A stretch of DNA of 64,000 nucleotides. Source: an uncultured Holophaga sp. GTDB taxonomy: Bacteria > Acidobacteriota > Holophagae > Holophagales > Holophagaceae. Of the stretch, positions 41,744 through 52,019 are shown in pieces. The notes beneath the pieces are model-generated. The model was not told the DNA's origin, made no database searches, and was given only the letters and a program-made list of their open reading frames with translations. The stretch is from NCBI GenBank assembly GCA_963664825.1, contig OY761614.1, positions 3,040,001 to 3,104,000 on the forward strand. The letters are read 5' to 3'. Made by a program: the position numbers and the translations under genes. Every line of letters begins with the position of its first letter. Position 1 is the first letter of the stretch.

Positions 41744-43328
41744 ACCTCGTGATGAGCTGGCGCAGTTCCACGGCCAGGGCGGCCAGATCATCCACGGTGC
41801 GGGTGGTCTCGGCCAGGGAGGCCGCGAGCTGGGTGGTGGCCGAGGCGTTGCGCTCGGTGTAGTGGAGGGTGGTGCCCATGGCATCGACCACCTCCTCGCT
41901 CACCTTGGCCTGCTCCTGGAGGGCTGCTGCGGCCCGGCGCGAGATGTCGGCCTGACTGCGGATATCGGCCTCGATGGTGGCGAGGCTCGCGCTCACGGTG
42001 GCCACGGCCTTGGATCCGATCTGGACCCGCTGGCCGCTCTCTTCGATGAGGGCGGCGATCTCCTTGGCGGCGGCCCCGCTGCGCTCGGCGAGCTTGCGGA
42101 TCTCTTCGGCCACCACCGCGAAGCCCTTGCCCTGGGCTCCGGCCTTGGCGGCTTCGATGGCGGCATTGAGGGAGAGCAGATTCGTCTGGCGGGCGATATC
42201 GGCGATGACGGTGGTGATGCGCCCCACCTTCTGGGAACTATCGAGGATGGCCTCCATGGCCTGGGTGCTGGCCTGGACATTGAGGACACCCTCGGCGCTG
42301 GCCTGCAAGGAATGGTCCGCGATCTGGACGCCCTGGGAGGAGCCGTGATGGATCTCGGCGATGGCCGAGGAGAGCATATTGAGGGAGCCCGTGGACTGTT
42401 CCACGGCGAGTCGCTGCTGTTCGGCCCCGCCGCTGATCTCGGAGGTGGCCGAGGTGAGCTGGTCGGCCGTGGCGGAGAGCTCGGTGGCGCCCGAGGCCGT
42501 GCGCTCCGAGATCTGGGCGATGGCCTGGATATCCTCTCCCAGTTTCTGCACGGTCTGATTGAGGCTCGAGGAGATGTGGCCGAGTTCGTCCCGGCTCTCG
42601 ATGGGGCAGGTGGCCGTGAGATCCCCGTGATTGACGGCGCTCATGGTGGTCTCGATGGCCTGGATGGCTCTGGAAATCTGCCTGGAGATGAACCGGGTGA
42701 GGAGGGCACCGAGGCCCAGGGCGAGGATGGAGGCCCCCAGGATCCAGGCCCGGCGGCGGTCCCCAACAGTCAGGTCCTGCTGGATGACCCTGGAAGTGGA
42801 TTGTTCGAGGGATTGCTGGAGTTTTTCAAAGGCTGCCCGGCCATCCCGGGTCAGGCCGACATTGGCCTCCATGAGTTCGCCGGAGGCTTCCAGTCCCTTG
42901 AGGCCCTTGGCCTGCTCCAGGGTCGCTGCAAAGCCCGCCACATAGGCCTTGAAGGCCGTCGTGCCCTTGTCCACCAGGGGCCTTTCCTCCGGTGTCCAGG
43001 GCAGGGCTTCCATTTTTTCGAAGGCCTCCTTCAACTGGTCTTCGATGGTCGCCAAGCGGGCTTTGCGTTTGGCGAGATAGGCCTCGTTCTTGGCCGCGGC
43101 GATCATGGAGATATGGACGCCTCGCAGGACATTGGTGGCGTTCAACACCCTCGAGATCTCCTGGGCCTTCGCGAGATCGCCTCCCAGCAAGCGCGTGCCC
43201 TCCTGGGAACTCTGGATGCCGTACCAGCCCAGGAATCCCACGAGCGCCAGGAAGAGGGCCTGCAGCAGGAGGATCACGGAAAATTTCCTGCCAATGGGAA
43301 AATCAGCGAGGAGGTGGGCTGGACTCAT
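41730..43328 (-). CDS. Methyl-accepting chemotaxis protein
   Basis: Two TM helices, [24 protein letters not shown]. Confidence 0.93.
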   Translation of the reverse strand: MSPAHLLADFPIGRKFSVILLLQALFLALVGFLGWYGIQSSQEGTRLLGGDLAKAQEISRVLNATNVLRGVHISMIAAAKNEAYLAKRKARLATIEDQLKEAFEKMEALPWTPEERPLVDKGTTAFKAYVAGFAATLEQAKGLKGLEASGELMEANVGLTRDGRAAFEKLQQSLEQSTSRVIQQDLTVGDRRRAWILGASILALGLGALLTRFISRQISRAIQAIETTMSAVNHGDLTATCPIESRDELGHISSSLNQTVQKLGEDIQAIAQISERTASGATELSATADQLTSATSEISGGAEQQRLAVEQSTGSLNMLSSAIAEIHHGSSQGVQIADHSLQASAEGVLNVQASTQAMEAILDSSQKVGRITTVIADIARQTNLLSLNAAIEAAKAGAQGKGFAVVAEEIRKLAERSGAAAKEIAALIEESGQRVQIGSKAVATVSASLATIEADIRSQADISRRAAAALQEQAKVSEEVVDAMGTTLHYTERNASATTQLAASLAETTRTVDDLAALAVELRQLITRFKLC

Positions 43329-43418
43329 GGGGCTCTCCGATGTCTTGGGGTGCCTTCATCCTTTCGGTCGCCTGAGGCCAGCCATTAGTTTGGAAGGCGC
43401 GGTTCGGTAGAATGCACC

Positions 43419-44828
43419 ATGGATCGTCTTGCGTCAGCAAATTCCTCCGGAGCCGCCCCCCTGAAACGTCTCCTGGAGGTGTTGGGGCCCGCCTCGGAGC
43501 TGGTGCTGGTGGGGGGAGCCGTGCGGGATCGGCTGATGGGGCGGCCCGCAGGGGACTGGGATCTGGCCACGGCCCTGCTGCCTGAGGAGGTCATGGCCCG
43601 GGCCCGCAGGGCGGGCCTCAGGGTCATTCCCACCGGCCTCCAGCACGGCACCGTCACCGTGATGCTCGAGGGGCGTCCCGTGGAGATCACCACCTTTCGG
43701 GGAGATGACGCCTACCTGGACGGGCGTCGGCCGGTTTCCGTGCGCCTAGGGGTCGCCCTGGAGGAGGATCTGGCCCGGCGGGACTTCACCGTCAACGCCG
43801 TGGCCCTGCCCATCGAGGCGCTGGACGCGCCCGACTGGCGGGAGCGCGTGGTGGATCCATTCAATGGCCGAGGAGACCTGGAGGCCCGCCTCCTGCGGGC
43901 GGTGGGCGATCCTCTGGAGCGTTTCCAGGAGGATGGTCTGCGCCCCTTGAGGGCCTGTCGCTTCGCGGCCCAGCTGGGCTTCGAACTGGAAGCGGCCACC
44001 CTGGCCGCCATCCCCCAGCGTCTGGAGGTGGCCCAAAAGGTTTCGGTGGAGCGCGTCTTCCAGGAGCTGCAGAAGCTCCTCTGCGGACAGGATCCGGCTA
44101 AGGGGCTGCGGCTCCTGGAGGGCTCCGGTCTGCTGGATCTGTGGCTTCCCGAACTGCGGTCCCTGGTGGGTTGCACCCAGAACCAGCACCACGACCTGGA
44201 CGCCTGGGAACACACACTTGCCGTGGTGGCGGCCATTCCCGCCGAACCGGAATTCCGGTGGGCGGCCCTGCTGCACGATCTGGGCAAGCCCGCCTCCCGC
44301 ACGCAAGGGCCTGAGGAGGCCGTTCACTTCTACGGCCACGAGGTCCTCTCCTGTCGCCTAGCGGAGGCCCTGCTGGGCCGCCTAAAGGCCAGCCGCGCCC
44401 TCACAGAGGCCGTGGTGGCCCTGGTGCGCCACCACGGCCAGCGGCCATCCTCTGAATGGGGGGATGCCGCCTGCCGTCGCCTGCTGGCGCGCCTGGGGGC
44501 CGATAGGCTCCCCGTGAGCGCCTGGGCCGCCCTCCGGAAGGCCGATCTCCGGGGCCGACGGCACCCCTCCGAACCCCTCCTCCAAGAATTTGATCTCACC
44601 CTTGAGCGCCTGCGGCGCCTGGCGGAGGCTCGTCCTCCCCTTTCATCCCGGGAGCTGGCCCTCCATGGCCAGGATCTGATGGCCTGTCTCGGACGCCCCG
44701 GCGGCCCCTGGCTGGGGCGCTTGCAGGCCCATCTCCTGGATCAGGTGCTGGAGGACCCCGGGCTCAATACGGCAGAGGCCCTGCTGCCCCTGGCCAAGGC
44801 CTGGGCCCAGGAGGAGGCTATCCGCTGA
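43419..44828 (+). CDS. cca: CCA tRNA nucleotidyltransferase with HD domain
   Basis: VGGAVRD, DWDLAT, DLARRDFTVNA, EDGLRPLR, LLHDLGK. Confidence 0.9.
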   Translation: MDRLASANSSGAAPLKRLLEVLGPASELVLVGGAVRDRLMGRPAGDWDLATALLPEEVMARARRAGLRVIPTGLQHGTVTVMLEGRPVEITTFRGDDAYLDGRRPVSVRLGVALEEDLARRDFTVNAVALPIEALDAPDWRERVVDPFNGRGDLEARLLRAVGDPLERFQEDGLRPLRACRFAAQLGFELEAATLAAIPQRLEVAQKVSVERVFQELQKLLCGQDPAKGLRLLEGSGLLDLWLPELRSLVGCTQNQHHDLDAWEHTLAVVAAIPAEPEFRWAALLHDLGKPASRTQGPEEAVHFYGHEVLSCRLAEALLGRLKASRALTEAVVALVRHHGQRPSSEWGDAACRRLLARLGADRLPVSAWAALRKADLRGRRHPSEPLLQEFDLTLERLRRLAEARPPLSSRELALHGQDLMACLGRPGGPWLGRLQAHLLDQVLEDPGLNTAEALLPLAKAWAQEEAIR

Positions 44829-44829
44829 G

Positions 44830-45315
44830 TTAGGCCGATTCGATGAGCACCACGGCCTGGGCCGCCAGGCCTTCGCCTCGGCCGGTGAAGCCCAGCTTTT
44901 CGGTGGTGGTGGCCTTCACGTTGAGGCATTCGGGTTCGATTCCCAGCAGGGGCGCGATGCGTTCCCTCATGGCCTCCCGGTGGGGGCCCAGCTTGGGGCG
45001 CTCGCCGATGAGCAGGACGTCGGCATTGGCCACGCGCCATCCCCTTTCCCGGAGGCTCTCCATGACGCGCTGGAGGAGGGCCGCGGAATCAGCCCCCTTG
45101 TAGGCGGCGTCCGTATCGGGAAAGTGCTGGCCGATATCCCCCAGCCCCGCGGCTCCCAGTAGCGCGTCCATGAGGGCGTGGAGCATCACGTCGGCGTCGC
45201 TGTGTCCGGCGAGGCCGCGATCGTGGGGGACGGCGATCCCCATGAGCATGCAGGGGCGTCCTTCCCCGGGGCTCGCGAAGCGGTGGACATCGAAGCCCTG
45301 GCCCACGCGGATCAT
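44830..45315 (-). CDS. ispF: 2-C-methyl-D-erythritol 2,4-cyclodiphosphate synthase
   Basis: [40 protein letters not shown]. Confidence 0.97.
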   Translation of the reverse strand: MIRVGQGFDVHRFASPGEGRPCMLMGIAVPHDRGLAGHSDADVMLHALMDALLGAAGLGDIGQHFPDTDAAYKGADSAALLQRVMESLRERGWRVANADVLLIGERPKLGPHREAMRERIAPLLGIEPECLNVKATTTEKLGFTGRGEGLAAQAVVLIESA

Positions 45316-46823
45316 CAGAGGCCTCCCAGGGTGCGCTGGCGGTCGGTGGTGTCTTCCTGGAGGGCCCCGTTTTCGGGAATCCAGAGGGTTACGCTGGTGC
45401 CCTCCCCCTCCTCGCTGGCGACCTCCAGGGAACCGCCGTGCTCCTCGACGATCTTCTTGACGGTGGCCATGCCCAGGCCCGTGCCCTTGGTTTTCCCATG
45501 GCTGAAGAAGGGCTCGAAGATGTGCTTCTGGATCTTGCGAGGGATGCCCTTGCCGTTGTCCTGCACCGTGATGCGGAGATCTCCCTGGCTGGATGACCAG
45601 GAGACCAACACCTTGCCGTTTGCGCGCTCAGTCAGGGCGTCCAGGCTATTGGCCAGCAGGTTTTCCAGGACCCGGGCAAAGCGGTAACGGTCGAGGTTCG
45701 CCTTGCAGGCAGGGCCTTCGCAGCGGATGGACGCGCCGATCTCGCTGGCCCGGGATTTCAGGGAATCGGCCATTTCGTTCAAGTAGTCGCAGAGATCCAC
45801 CTCCTCGCGGTGGGGCTCCCGCACCTTCGAATAATCCACCACATCGCCGCTGAGCTGCGTCAGCCGCTCCACGGCCGCTAGTATCTGGGAGGCATGGTGC
45901 AGCAGCTTCTCGTCCTGAGTGAGGGATTGGATCATCTGGGCGTGGCCTGAAACCACGAAGAGGGCGTTCTTGAAATCGTGGACGATGGAACTGGCCACTT
46001 GACCCACGGTGGCCAGTACCTGGTTGTGCAGATTGTTCTCGGCCAGCCGGGTGCGCTCGATGGCGATGGCGCAGAGCGAAACGATGGCCTCGAAGGTGGC
46101 GCGGTCCACGGGTTCCGTCACGATGCGGCGGCTATCCATATAGGCCACGCCGATGCAGGTGGCCTGGACCACCAGAGGGAGGCAGAGGATGGTCTTGAGC
46201 TCGAGGTCCAGGATGGATTGCTGCGCCATCAGTTTTTCGTCGGAAGCCACGTTGTGGATCCAGATGGGCTCGCCCTTCTCGAAGACGCGGCGGACGCTGG
46301 ACATGGAGAGGTGGATATCCCGCTCCACCTGAGGGCTCAGGTTGCGCGCCACCTTGACCACCAGATCCCCCTCCTCGGGCAGCATGATGAACCCGCGGTC
46401 GGTATTGGAGAGGTTGAGGAGGCGGTCCAGGGTCTGCTCCAGCAGATCGTCGAGTTCCACCTGGCCCGTGAGCAGATGGGCAGTCTGCAGGATGGCCTGG
46501 AGATTCACTTCCGGCGCCATGGCCGTTTCGGAGCGCAGGGTCAGATAGTATGCCCCATCCGCTAGGCGTATCGTGGAGCCCGGTTCCCATTTGATGCGGG
46601 TGAGCCGCTCATCCTTGAAATAGCTGCCATGGGAGGAGCCCAGATCCTCCACCCACCACTCGTCGTCGATCTGTTCGATGCGGAGATGGTTGCGACTGAC
46701 CATGCTATCCGAGAGGATGATCTCGCACTGGCTCTGGCGGCCCAACGTTACCGAACGGCTGATGGGGACGGTCCGCTCGAAGCCGTGGCGGTCGCGAATG
46801 GAGATGGCGTGTCGCTCAGCCAC
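45315..46823 (-). CDS. FHA-GAF-histidine kinase
   Basis: FHA motifs LGR, VSRNH, DLGSSHG; GAF domain; VHDFKN; GTGLGM. Confidence 0.9.
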   Translation of the reverse strand: MAERHAISIRDRHGFERTVPISRSVTLGRQSQCEIILSDSMVSRNHLRIEQIDDEWWVEDLGSSHGSYFKDERLTRIKWEPGSTIRLADGAYYLTLRSETAMAPEVNLQAILQTAHLLTGQVELDDLLEQTLDRLLNLSNTDRGFIMLPEEGDLVVKVARNLSPQVERDIHLSMSSVRRVFEKGEPIWIHNVASDEKLMAQQSILDLELKTILCLPLVVQATCIGVAYMDSRRIVTEPVDRATFEAIVSLCAIAIERTRLAENNLHNQVLATVGQVASSIVHDFKNALFVVSGHAQMIQSLTQDEKLLHHASQILAAVERLTQLSGDVVDYSKVREPHREEVDLCDYLNEMADSLKSRASEIGASIRCEGPACKANLDRYRFARVLENLLANSLDALTERANGKVLVSWSSSQGDLRITVQDNGKGIPRKIQKHIFEPFFSHGKTKGTGLGMATVKKIVEEHGGSLEVASEEGEGTSVTLWIPENGALQEDTTDRQRTLGGL

Positions 46824-46966
46824 GGTGGACTCCCTGGGCGCATACTCGTATTTGATCAGTCTGGACGGACATGTTATTCAAGGCCCGACTACCAAGGTAG
46901 CGTGTCCGGGGCTGGACACAAGGCCGTCCTCTGTGCGGCAATGAAGTCGGAGCAAGGCTGAACGGC

Positions 46967-47986
46967 ATGGAATTCCAACGCAACCCCGATCTGGATCCCT
47001 CTGAACGCGAGGAGACTTTCGAATACTCGCTGCGTCCGCAGCGCCTGGGCGAATACATCGGCCAGGAGAAGGTGAAGGCGCGCCTCGAGATCGCCCTGAA
47101 GGCCGCGATCAAGCGTGGCGAGGTGCTGGATCACGTGCTGCTCTTCGGACCTCCGGGCCTGGGCAAGACGACCCTGGCCCATGTGCTGGCCAATGAGATG
47201 GGCGCGCCCTGCAAGGTGATTCAGGCCCCGGCCCTGGACAAGAAAGGTGACCTGGCGGCCATCCTGACGAATCTGGACGAGGGTGAATTCCTGTTCCTCG
47301 ATGAGATCCATCGCCTGGCTCCGGCCATCGAGGAGATGCTCTACTCGGCCATGGAGGATCGGAAGCTGGATATCCTCATCGGCCAGGGCCCCAGCGCCCA
47401 GACCCTGAAGGTGGATCTGCGGCCCTTCACCCTGGTGGGTGCCACCACGCGCGCCGGCCTCATCACCAAGCCCCTGCATGACCGCTTCGGCATGGTGCAT
47501 CGCCTGGACTACTACACCCGGGCCGAACTCAGCATCATCGCCAATCGGAGCGCCCGGGTGCTGGGTGTGGAGATGGCACCTGAAGCAGCGGAGGCCATCG
47601 CGCGGCGCTCACGCGGCACGCCGCGCATCGTGAACCGCCTACTGAGGCGCTGCCGCGACTACGCCGAGGTGAAGGGGCAGGGTGTCATCACCCTGGACAT
47701 CGCGGAGGCCTGTCTGCGTCTCCATGAAGTGGATGACCTGGGTCTGGATGGGCTCGACCGGGCCTATTTGGAGGCTCTCTGCGATAAATTCAAGGGGGGC
47801 CCCGTGGGCGTGCGCACCCTGGCTGCGGCCCTGGGTGAAGTGGAGGGGGACGCCCTGGAGGATCTGGTGGAGCCCTACCTCATGCAGATCGGCTTCCTGG
47901 ATCGCACGCCCCAGGGCCGTAGGGCGACCCTCGCGGCCTACGACTACCTGGGCGTGAAACCCAGCGCGGGGCCGCTCTTCGCCTGA
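46967..47986 (+). CDS. ruvB: Holliday junction branch migration helicase RuvB
   Basis: LRPQRL.EYIGQ, GPPGLGKTT, DEIHRL, GATTRAG, RGTPRI. Confidence 0.97.
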   Translation: MEFQRNPDLDPSEREETFEYSLRPQRLGEYIGQEKVKARLEIALKAAIKRGEVLDHVLLFGPPGLGKTTLAHVLANEMGAPCKVIQAPALDKKGDLAAILTNLDEGEFLFLDEIHRLAPAIEEMLYSAMEDRKLDILIGQGPSAQTLKVDLRPFTLVGATTRAGLITKPLHDRFGMVHRLDYYTRAELSIIANRSARVLGVEMAPEAAEAIARRSRGTPRIVNRLLRRCRDYAEVKGQGVITLDIAEACLRLHEVDDLGLDGLDRAYLEALCDKFKGGPVGVRTLAAALGEVEGDALEDLVEPYLMQIGFLDRTPQGRRATLAAYDYLGVKPSAGPLFA

Positions 47987-48156
47987 GCTGGGGCGTGCTC
48001 CGCTCCCGTCTATCGGACGACGCACGGCGTCGTCCTCCCGCTCGCCCGCTCCGCGGGCTCTCGGAGACGGGTCCCTCCACCAGGGCCGTAGGGCGACCCT
48101 CGCGGCCTACGATTACCTGGGCGTGAAACCCAGCGCGGGGCCTCTCTTCGCCTGAG
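47911..48156 (+). repeat. 77-bp direct duplication of the ruvB 3' end (47911-47987 / 48080-48156) flanking a structured ~90-bp insert
   Basis: Direct alignment, two mismatches. Confidence 0.92.
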
Positions 48157-48660
48157 TTGGGCGCTGGATCAGACCTTCGGCAGCGACAGAATCAGCAGTC
48201 CGAGGAGTGTGACCGCCACGGTGAATCCGTAGGCGCAGGAGACCATGGCGACCTTGAGGAGGCTCTTGGCCCAGCCCTGGCCGTGAATTCTCCGGAGGGA
48301 GGCGGCCAGATGCAGGGGCGGTAGCATGAAGAGGGCGAGGCCCGGGAGCGTGCCCCAGCAGGGCAAGGATCACGAGAAAGGAGAGGACGTGGTGGTGGAG
48401 GGAAAGGACTAGGTGATCCACGAAGAACGGTCTGCGGCGGATGTACAGGAGTTGGAGCATCGCTGCGAAGAGGGGCATGAGGAGGAAGAGGGCCTTGGAG
48501 AGATTGGATAGGAAGGCGTGCTGGAAGGCGCCGGGATCCTTGACGGCGGCCTGGATGCGGGCGTTGAGGTTCCTCGTCCAGGTCGGCTGGCCTGACATGT
48601 TCAGTTCGGGAGCGTCCATCTTCAGCGTCACTTGAGGGGCTGGTTCGGCGGTCTTTTTTT

Positions 48661-49990
48661 GGTTCTTCGCGGATTTGCGTGAAGTAGGTCGGCAGTGGCG
48701 GATTTCAGGCATCTTGGGTTTGTCGAGAACTCGAGATGAAGGAGGCCGCCACTGCCTACCAAAGAGCTTATGTCCCGCTTGGGCGGGTGGAAAGGGCAAC
48801 GCGTCGGAATCGTGGAGCGCTTCGAAGCCGGGGTGAAGGGGCCGCGGGCCGAGGTGTGGATCGAGTTGCTTGGGTTCGGCGATCATCCCCGGAAGTGCAG
48901 CGGTTGTGGGCATTTCGTGCGGAGCGTCCACAACTGGTCAGAGCGGGAGATCCGCGACCTTCCGCTGTTCGACGCCGACACAGTCCTAGTGGTGTGGCGG
49001 GCTCGAGTAGCCTGCCCCCGGTGCGGCCCGAAGCTGGAAGCCCTGGACTGGTTGGAGCCCCATGCCCGGATCACGAACCGGCTTGCCGCGAGCGTGGCGC
49101 GGCTTTGCAAGGTCATGCCCATCAAACAGGTCGCGGAGCACTATGACCTGCACTGGGGCACGGTGAAGGCGATCGACAAGGCTTACCTGGACCGAGAACT
49201 TGGGCCCGTGAAGCTGAGCAAGGCGAGGCTTCTTCTGATGGACGAATTCGCCATCCACAAGGGACAGAGCTATGCCACGGTCATCACGGATGCGGAAACG
49301 CGTCGCGTGCTCTGGGTCGGGAAAGGGCGTGGCCGCGAGGACATCCGCCCGTTCTTCGATCTGATCGGGAAGAAGGGCTGCAAACGGATCCAGGCCGTGG
49401 GCATAGACATGTCGGCGGCCTTCGAAGGCGAAGTCCGGGCGCGCTGTCCCAACGCCGAGATCGTCTACGACCAGTTTCATGTCGTGGCAAAGTACGGCCA
49501 TGACGTCATCGACCGGATCCGGGTGGATGAGGCCAATCGATACCGGCACGACAAGGCCTCGCGGGAGCTCGTCAAGGGCGCGAAGTGGCTCCTGCTGGGC
49601 AATTGGGAGAACCTGCCGAATCGGGATGCCAAAGTCCGCCTCAACGAGTTATTGGACGCGAACCAGCCTCTGATGACCGCCTACGTGCTGAAAGACGCCC
49701 TGAAGGCACTGTGGCGCTACACGCGGGAGGGCTGGGCTCTGAAGGCCTGGGAGAACTGGATGGAACTCGCCACCTCAAGTGGACTCCAGCCCCTCGTGAA
49801 GTTCGCCAAGAATCTCGCCCAGCGGATCGACGGAATCCTCTCCCATTGCCGCTGGCCGCTCAATACCAGCGTCCAGGAAGGGATCAACAACAAGATCAAA
49901 GTCCTCAAGCGCATCGCCTACGGCTACCGGGATGAGGGCTACTTCTTCCTTAAGATCCGTGCGGCCTTCCCCGGAAAAACGTGAAGAACC
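48661..49990 (+). mobile_element. ISL3-family insertion sequence, 1330 bp
   Basis: Imperfect terminal IRs GGTTCTTC...; 8-bp target duplication CTTTTTTT at 48653-48660 and 49991-49998. Confidence 0.95.
48770..49984 (+). CDS. ISL3 family transposase
   Basis: Zinc finger CSGC/CPRC, MDEF, IDMS.AF, YDQFHV, EGINNKIKVLKR.AYGYR. Confidence 0.95.
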   Translation: MSRLGGWKGQRVGIVERFEAGVKGPRAEVWIELLGFGDHPRKCSGCGHFVRSVHNWSEREIRDLPLFDADTVLVVWRARVACPRCGPKLEALDWLEPHARITNRLAASVARLCKVMPIKQVAEHYDLHWGTVKAIDKAYLDRELGPVKLSKARLLLMDEFAIHKGQSYATVITDAETRRVLWVGKGRGREDIRPFFDLIGKKGCKRIQAVGIDMSAAFEGEVRARCPNAEIVYDQFHVVAKYGHDVIDRIRVDEANRYRHDKASRELVKGAKWLLLGNWENLPNRDAKVRLNELLDANQPLMTAYVLKDALKALWRYTREGWALKAWENWMELATSSGLQPLVKFAKNLAQRIDGILSHCRWPLNTSVQEGINNKIKVLKRIAYGYRDEGYFFLKIRAAFPGKT

Positions 49991-50372
49991 CTTTTTTTCG
50001 CCTCCGGTATGGATCATCGCGAAGGCAGAAAAGAGCAGGAAGCTCGTGAAGATGTATAGGCGGAAGGGGGGGACGTAGCGGTTGCGCCGCCCGTCCAGGT
50101 AGGCGAGGGTGAGCAGTCCTGGCTTGAACACCAGGAGGCGCAGGGTCTCGAACACCTTGTGGTCGAAGTGCCAGATATCGTGGAGCACATCGTGGAATAG
50201 GGCCTTCATCGGAAGGCGGCGAGGCTGGTCCCTCTGTCCGCAATGGTGGCAGAAGGCCCCCTGCAATTCCGTGGCGCAGTTGAGGCAGGGTCGCGGAGGC
50301 GCGGCGTCCGTCATCAGATCTCCTGGAGATGTGTCCTCATGGGTATGCCGTCTTGACCAGGGTGTGGCCGCC

Positions 50373-51743
50373 TCAGTGCGCGGTCTGCCCCGCTCTCGCG
50401 TGCCAGAGGCGGGTCATGATGAAGGCGCCGATGAAACAGAAGGGGATGATGCAGCCCACCCAGACCCAGGCATTGCCAGGAATGTGTCCGCGGGTGGCGA
50501 TGCCATCCCATCCATAGTTCCGGAGAATCCAGCCCAGGCCGAAGCCCGTGAGGCCGCTGCCCACGTACTGGATGCCATCCAGGGCGCCGGCCACGGTGGC
50601 CGCGGCTTTGCGCCCGCCGAAGTCCATGCTGGCCGTGCCACTGAGCATGCCGTGGACGCCGAAGATGAACATGGCCGTCAGACCCAGCAGACAGACAGCC
50701 CAGATCTGGCCGCCGAGGGTACCGCGTCCGAAGGAGAAGCCCAGCAGGGTTAGCATGACGATCTGGAAGAGGTAGAATACGAAGGCCACGGGGGGGCGTC
50801 GGGACTGGAAGAGCCTGTCGCTCATCCAGCCGCAGAGGAGGCCGCCCAGGATGCCTCCCACCATGAAAACCACGCCCGTGGCCCAGAAGAGGGCTGGCTG
50901 CCAGCCCAGGATATGGAGTTTGGGGAAGACCTTGGTGATTCCGTAGACCTCGCCCAGGTATTCGGTGAAGTAGAGCATCACGCCCTGGCGCACGAAGCCC
51001 GTGCAGAATTCCGCGCAAATGAGGGCCACGACGATGGGGTTCTGGAAGACCCTTCGCATCAGGTCGCCCCAGGGCAGGGGCTTGTCTTCGGCCAGGTGGG
51101 CATTGCTGCCATCGCCGGTGTCGAAATCCGGGAATCCCGCGTGGCTGGGGCGGTTGCGCACCATCAGGTAGTCCACCAGGCACATCACGGCCATGGCGGC
51201 GGCGGGGATGATCCAGATCATCGTCCAGTGGAAGCGCGACAGGATCCAGGCGCCCACGGTGGTGGCCAGGAAGTACCCGCTGGAGATCATGATGCCGAAG
51301 ATGCCCCCGAAGATTCCGCGCTCATGCACATGGAACCAAGTGCTGTTCACCTTCACCACGGAGAGGGCGCCGAAGCTCTGAAAGTACATATTCACGCTCC
51401 AGAGCAGGCTCATGGAGATCAGCAGCTTGGTGGTGTGGCCATTGAGGAACATCAGGCCGATGAGCAGGTTCATGAGCGCGCCGCCCGCCGCGCCCACGAG
51501 GATGGCCTTCCTCCCCCCGAAGCGGTCGGCCAGGGGGCCGTTCAGCGCCACGGCCAGACCGTAGGTCCAAAAGCCTGCCGTGGCGATCCAGCCCATCTGC
51601 AGCTTGTCCAGGTGGTACCAGGCTCCGATATCGTTCTTCACGACATTGAAGTTATAGCGGCCCATATAGAGGGTCGCGTAGGTCATACCCAGGGGAAACC
51701 AGTTCAAAAATCGACGAAAACGAAAGGCATTGCTATGGTTCAC
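50373..51743 (-). CDS. MFS transporter, organophosphate:Pi antiporter-like (GlpT/UhpC family)
   Basis: YMGRYNF, GPLADRFG, WFHVHERG, GWMSDRLF; multiple TM helices. Confidence 0.85.
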   Translation of the reverse strand: MNHSNAFRFRRFLNWFPLGMTYATLYMGRYNFNVVKNDIGAWYHLDKLQMGWIATAGFWTYGLAVALNGPLADRFGGRKAILVGAAGGALMNLLIGLMFLNGHTTKLLISMSLLWSVNMYFQSFGALSVVKVNSTWFHVHERGIFGGIFGIMISSGYFLATTVGAWILSRFHWTMIWIIPAAAMAVMCLVDYLMVRNRPSHAGFPDFDTGDGSNAHLAEDKPLPWGDLMRRVFQNPIVVALICAEFCTGFVRQGVMLYFTEYLGEVYGITKVFPKLHILGWQPALFWATGVVFMVGGILGGLLCGWMSDRLFQSRRPPVAFVFYLFQIVMLTLLGFSFGRGTLGGQIWAVCLLGLTAMFIFGVHGMLSGTASMDFGGRKAAATVAGALDGIQYVGSGLTGFGLGWILRNYGWDGIATRGHIPGNAWVWVGCIIPFCFIGAFIMTRLWHARAGQTAH

Positions 51744-52019
51744 GGCGACTCCAAGGGGCGCTGTTCTATCGACTAGCCTAGAACAGGACCCAGTGACACT
51801 CCAGTGACGAGCACGTGACAGCCTGCCGGTGTGATGCGGAGCACCGCCTGTCTTATCTCGTCGGTATGTTCTTCACTAGGCCATTCAGGTCATCGACCCG
51901 CCATCAGGATGGCAGCCAATCTCGCGGTTTCCAGCCTAAGGATTTGCAAGGATTCAGTCTTGACAAAAATTTATGGGGGGGGAAACTCGCACATCATTGT
52001 GGAATATTTATGAGTTTGC

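Larger units (their letters stand above)
48169..50314 (-). pseudogene. DUF3667-like membrane protein with N-terminal zinc ribbon, interrupted by ISL3 and frameshifted
   Basis: CLNC...FCHHCGQ...G.R.RY.PPFRLY N-terminus; frame rejoins across the IS; second frameshift near 48350-48370. Confidence 0.85.
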
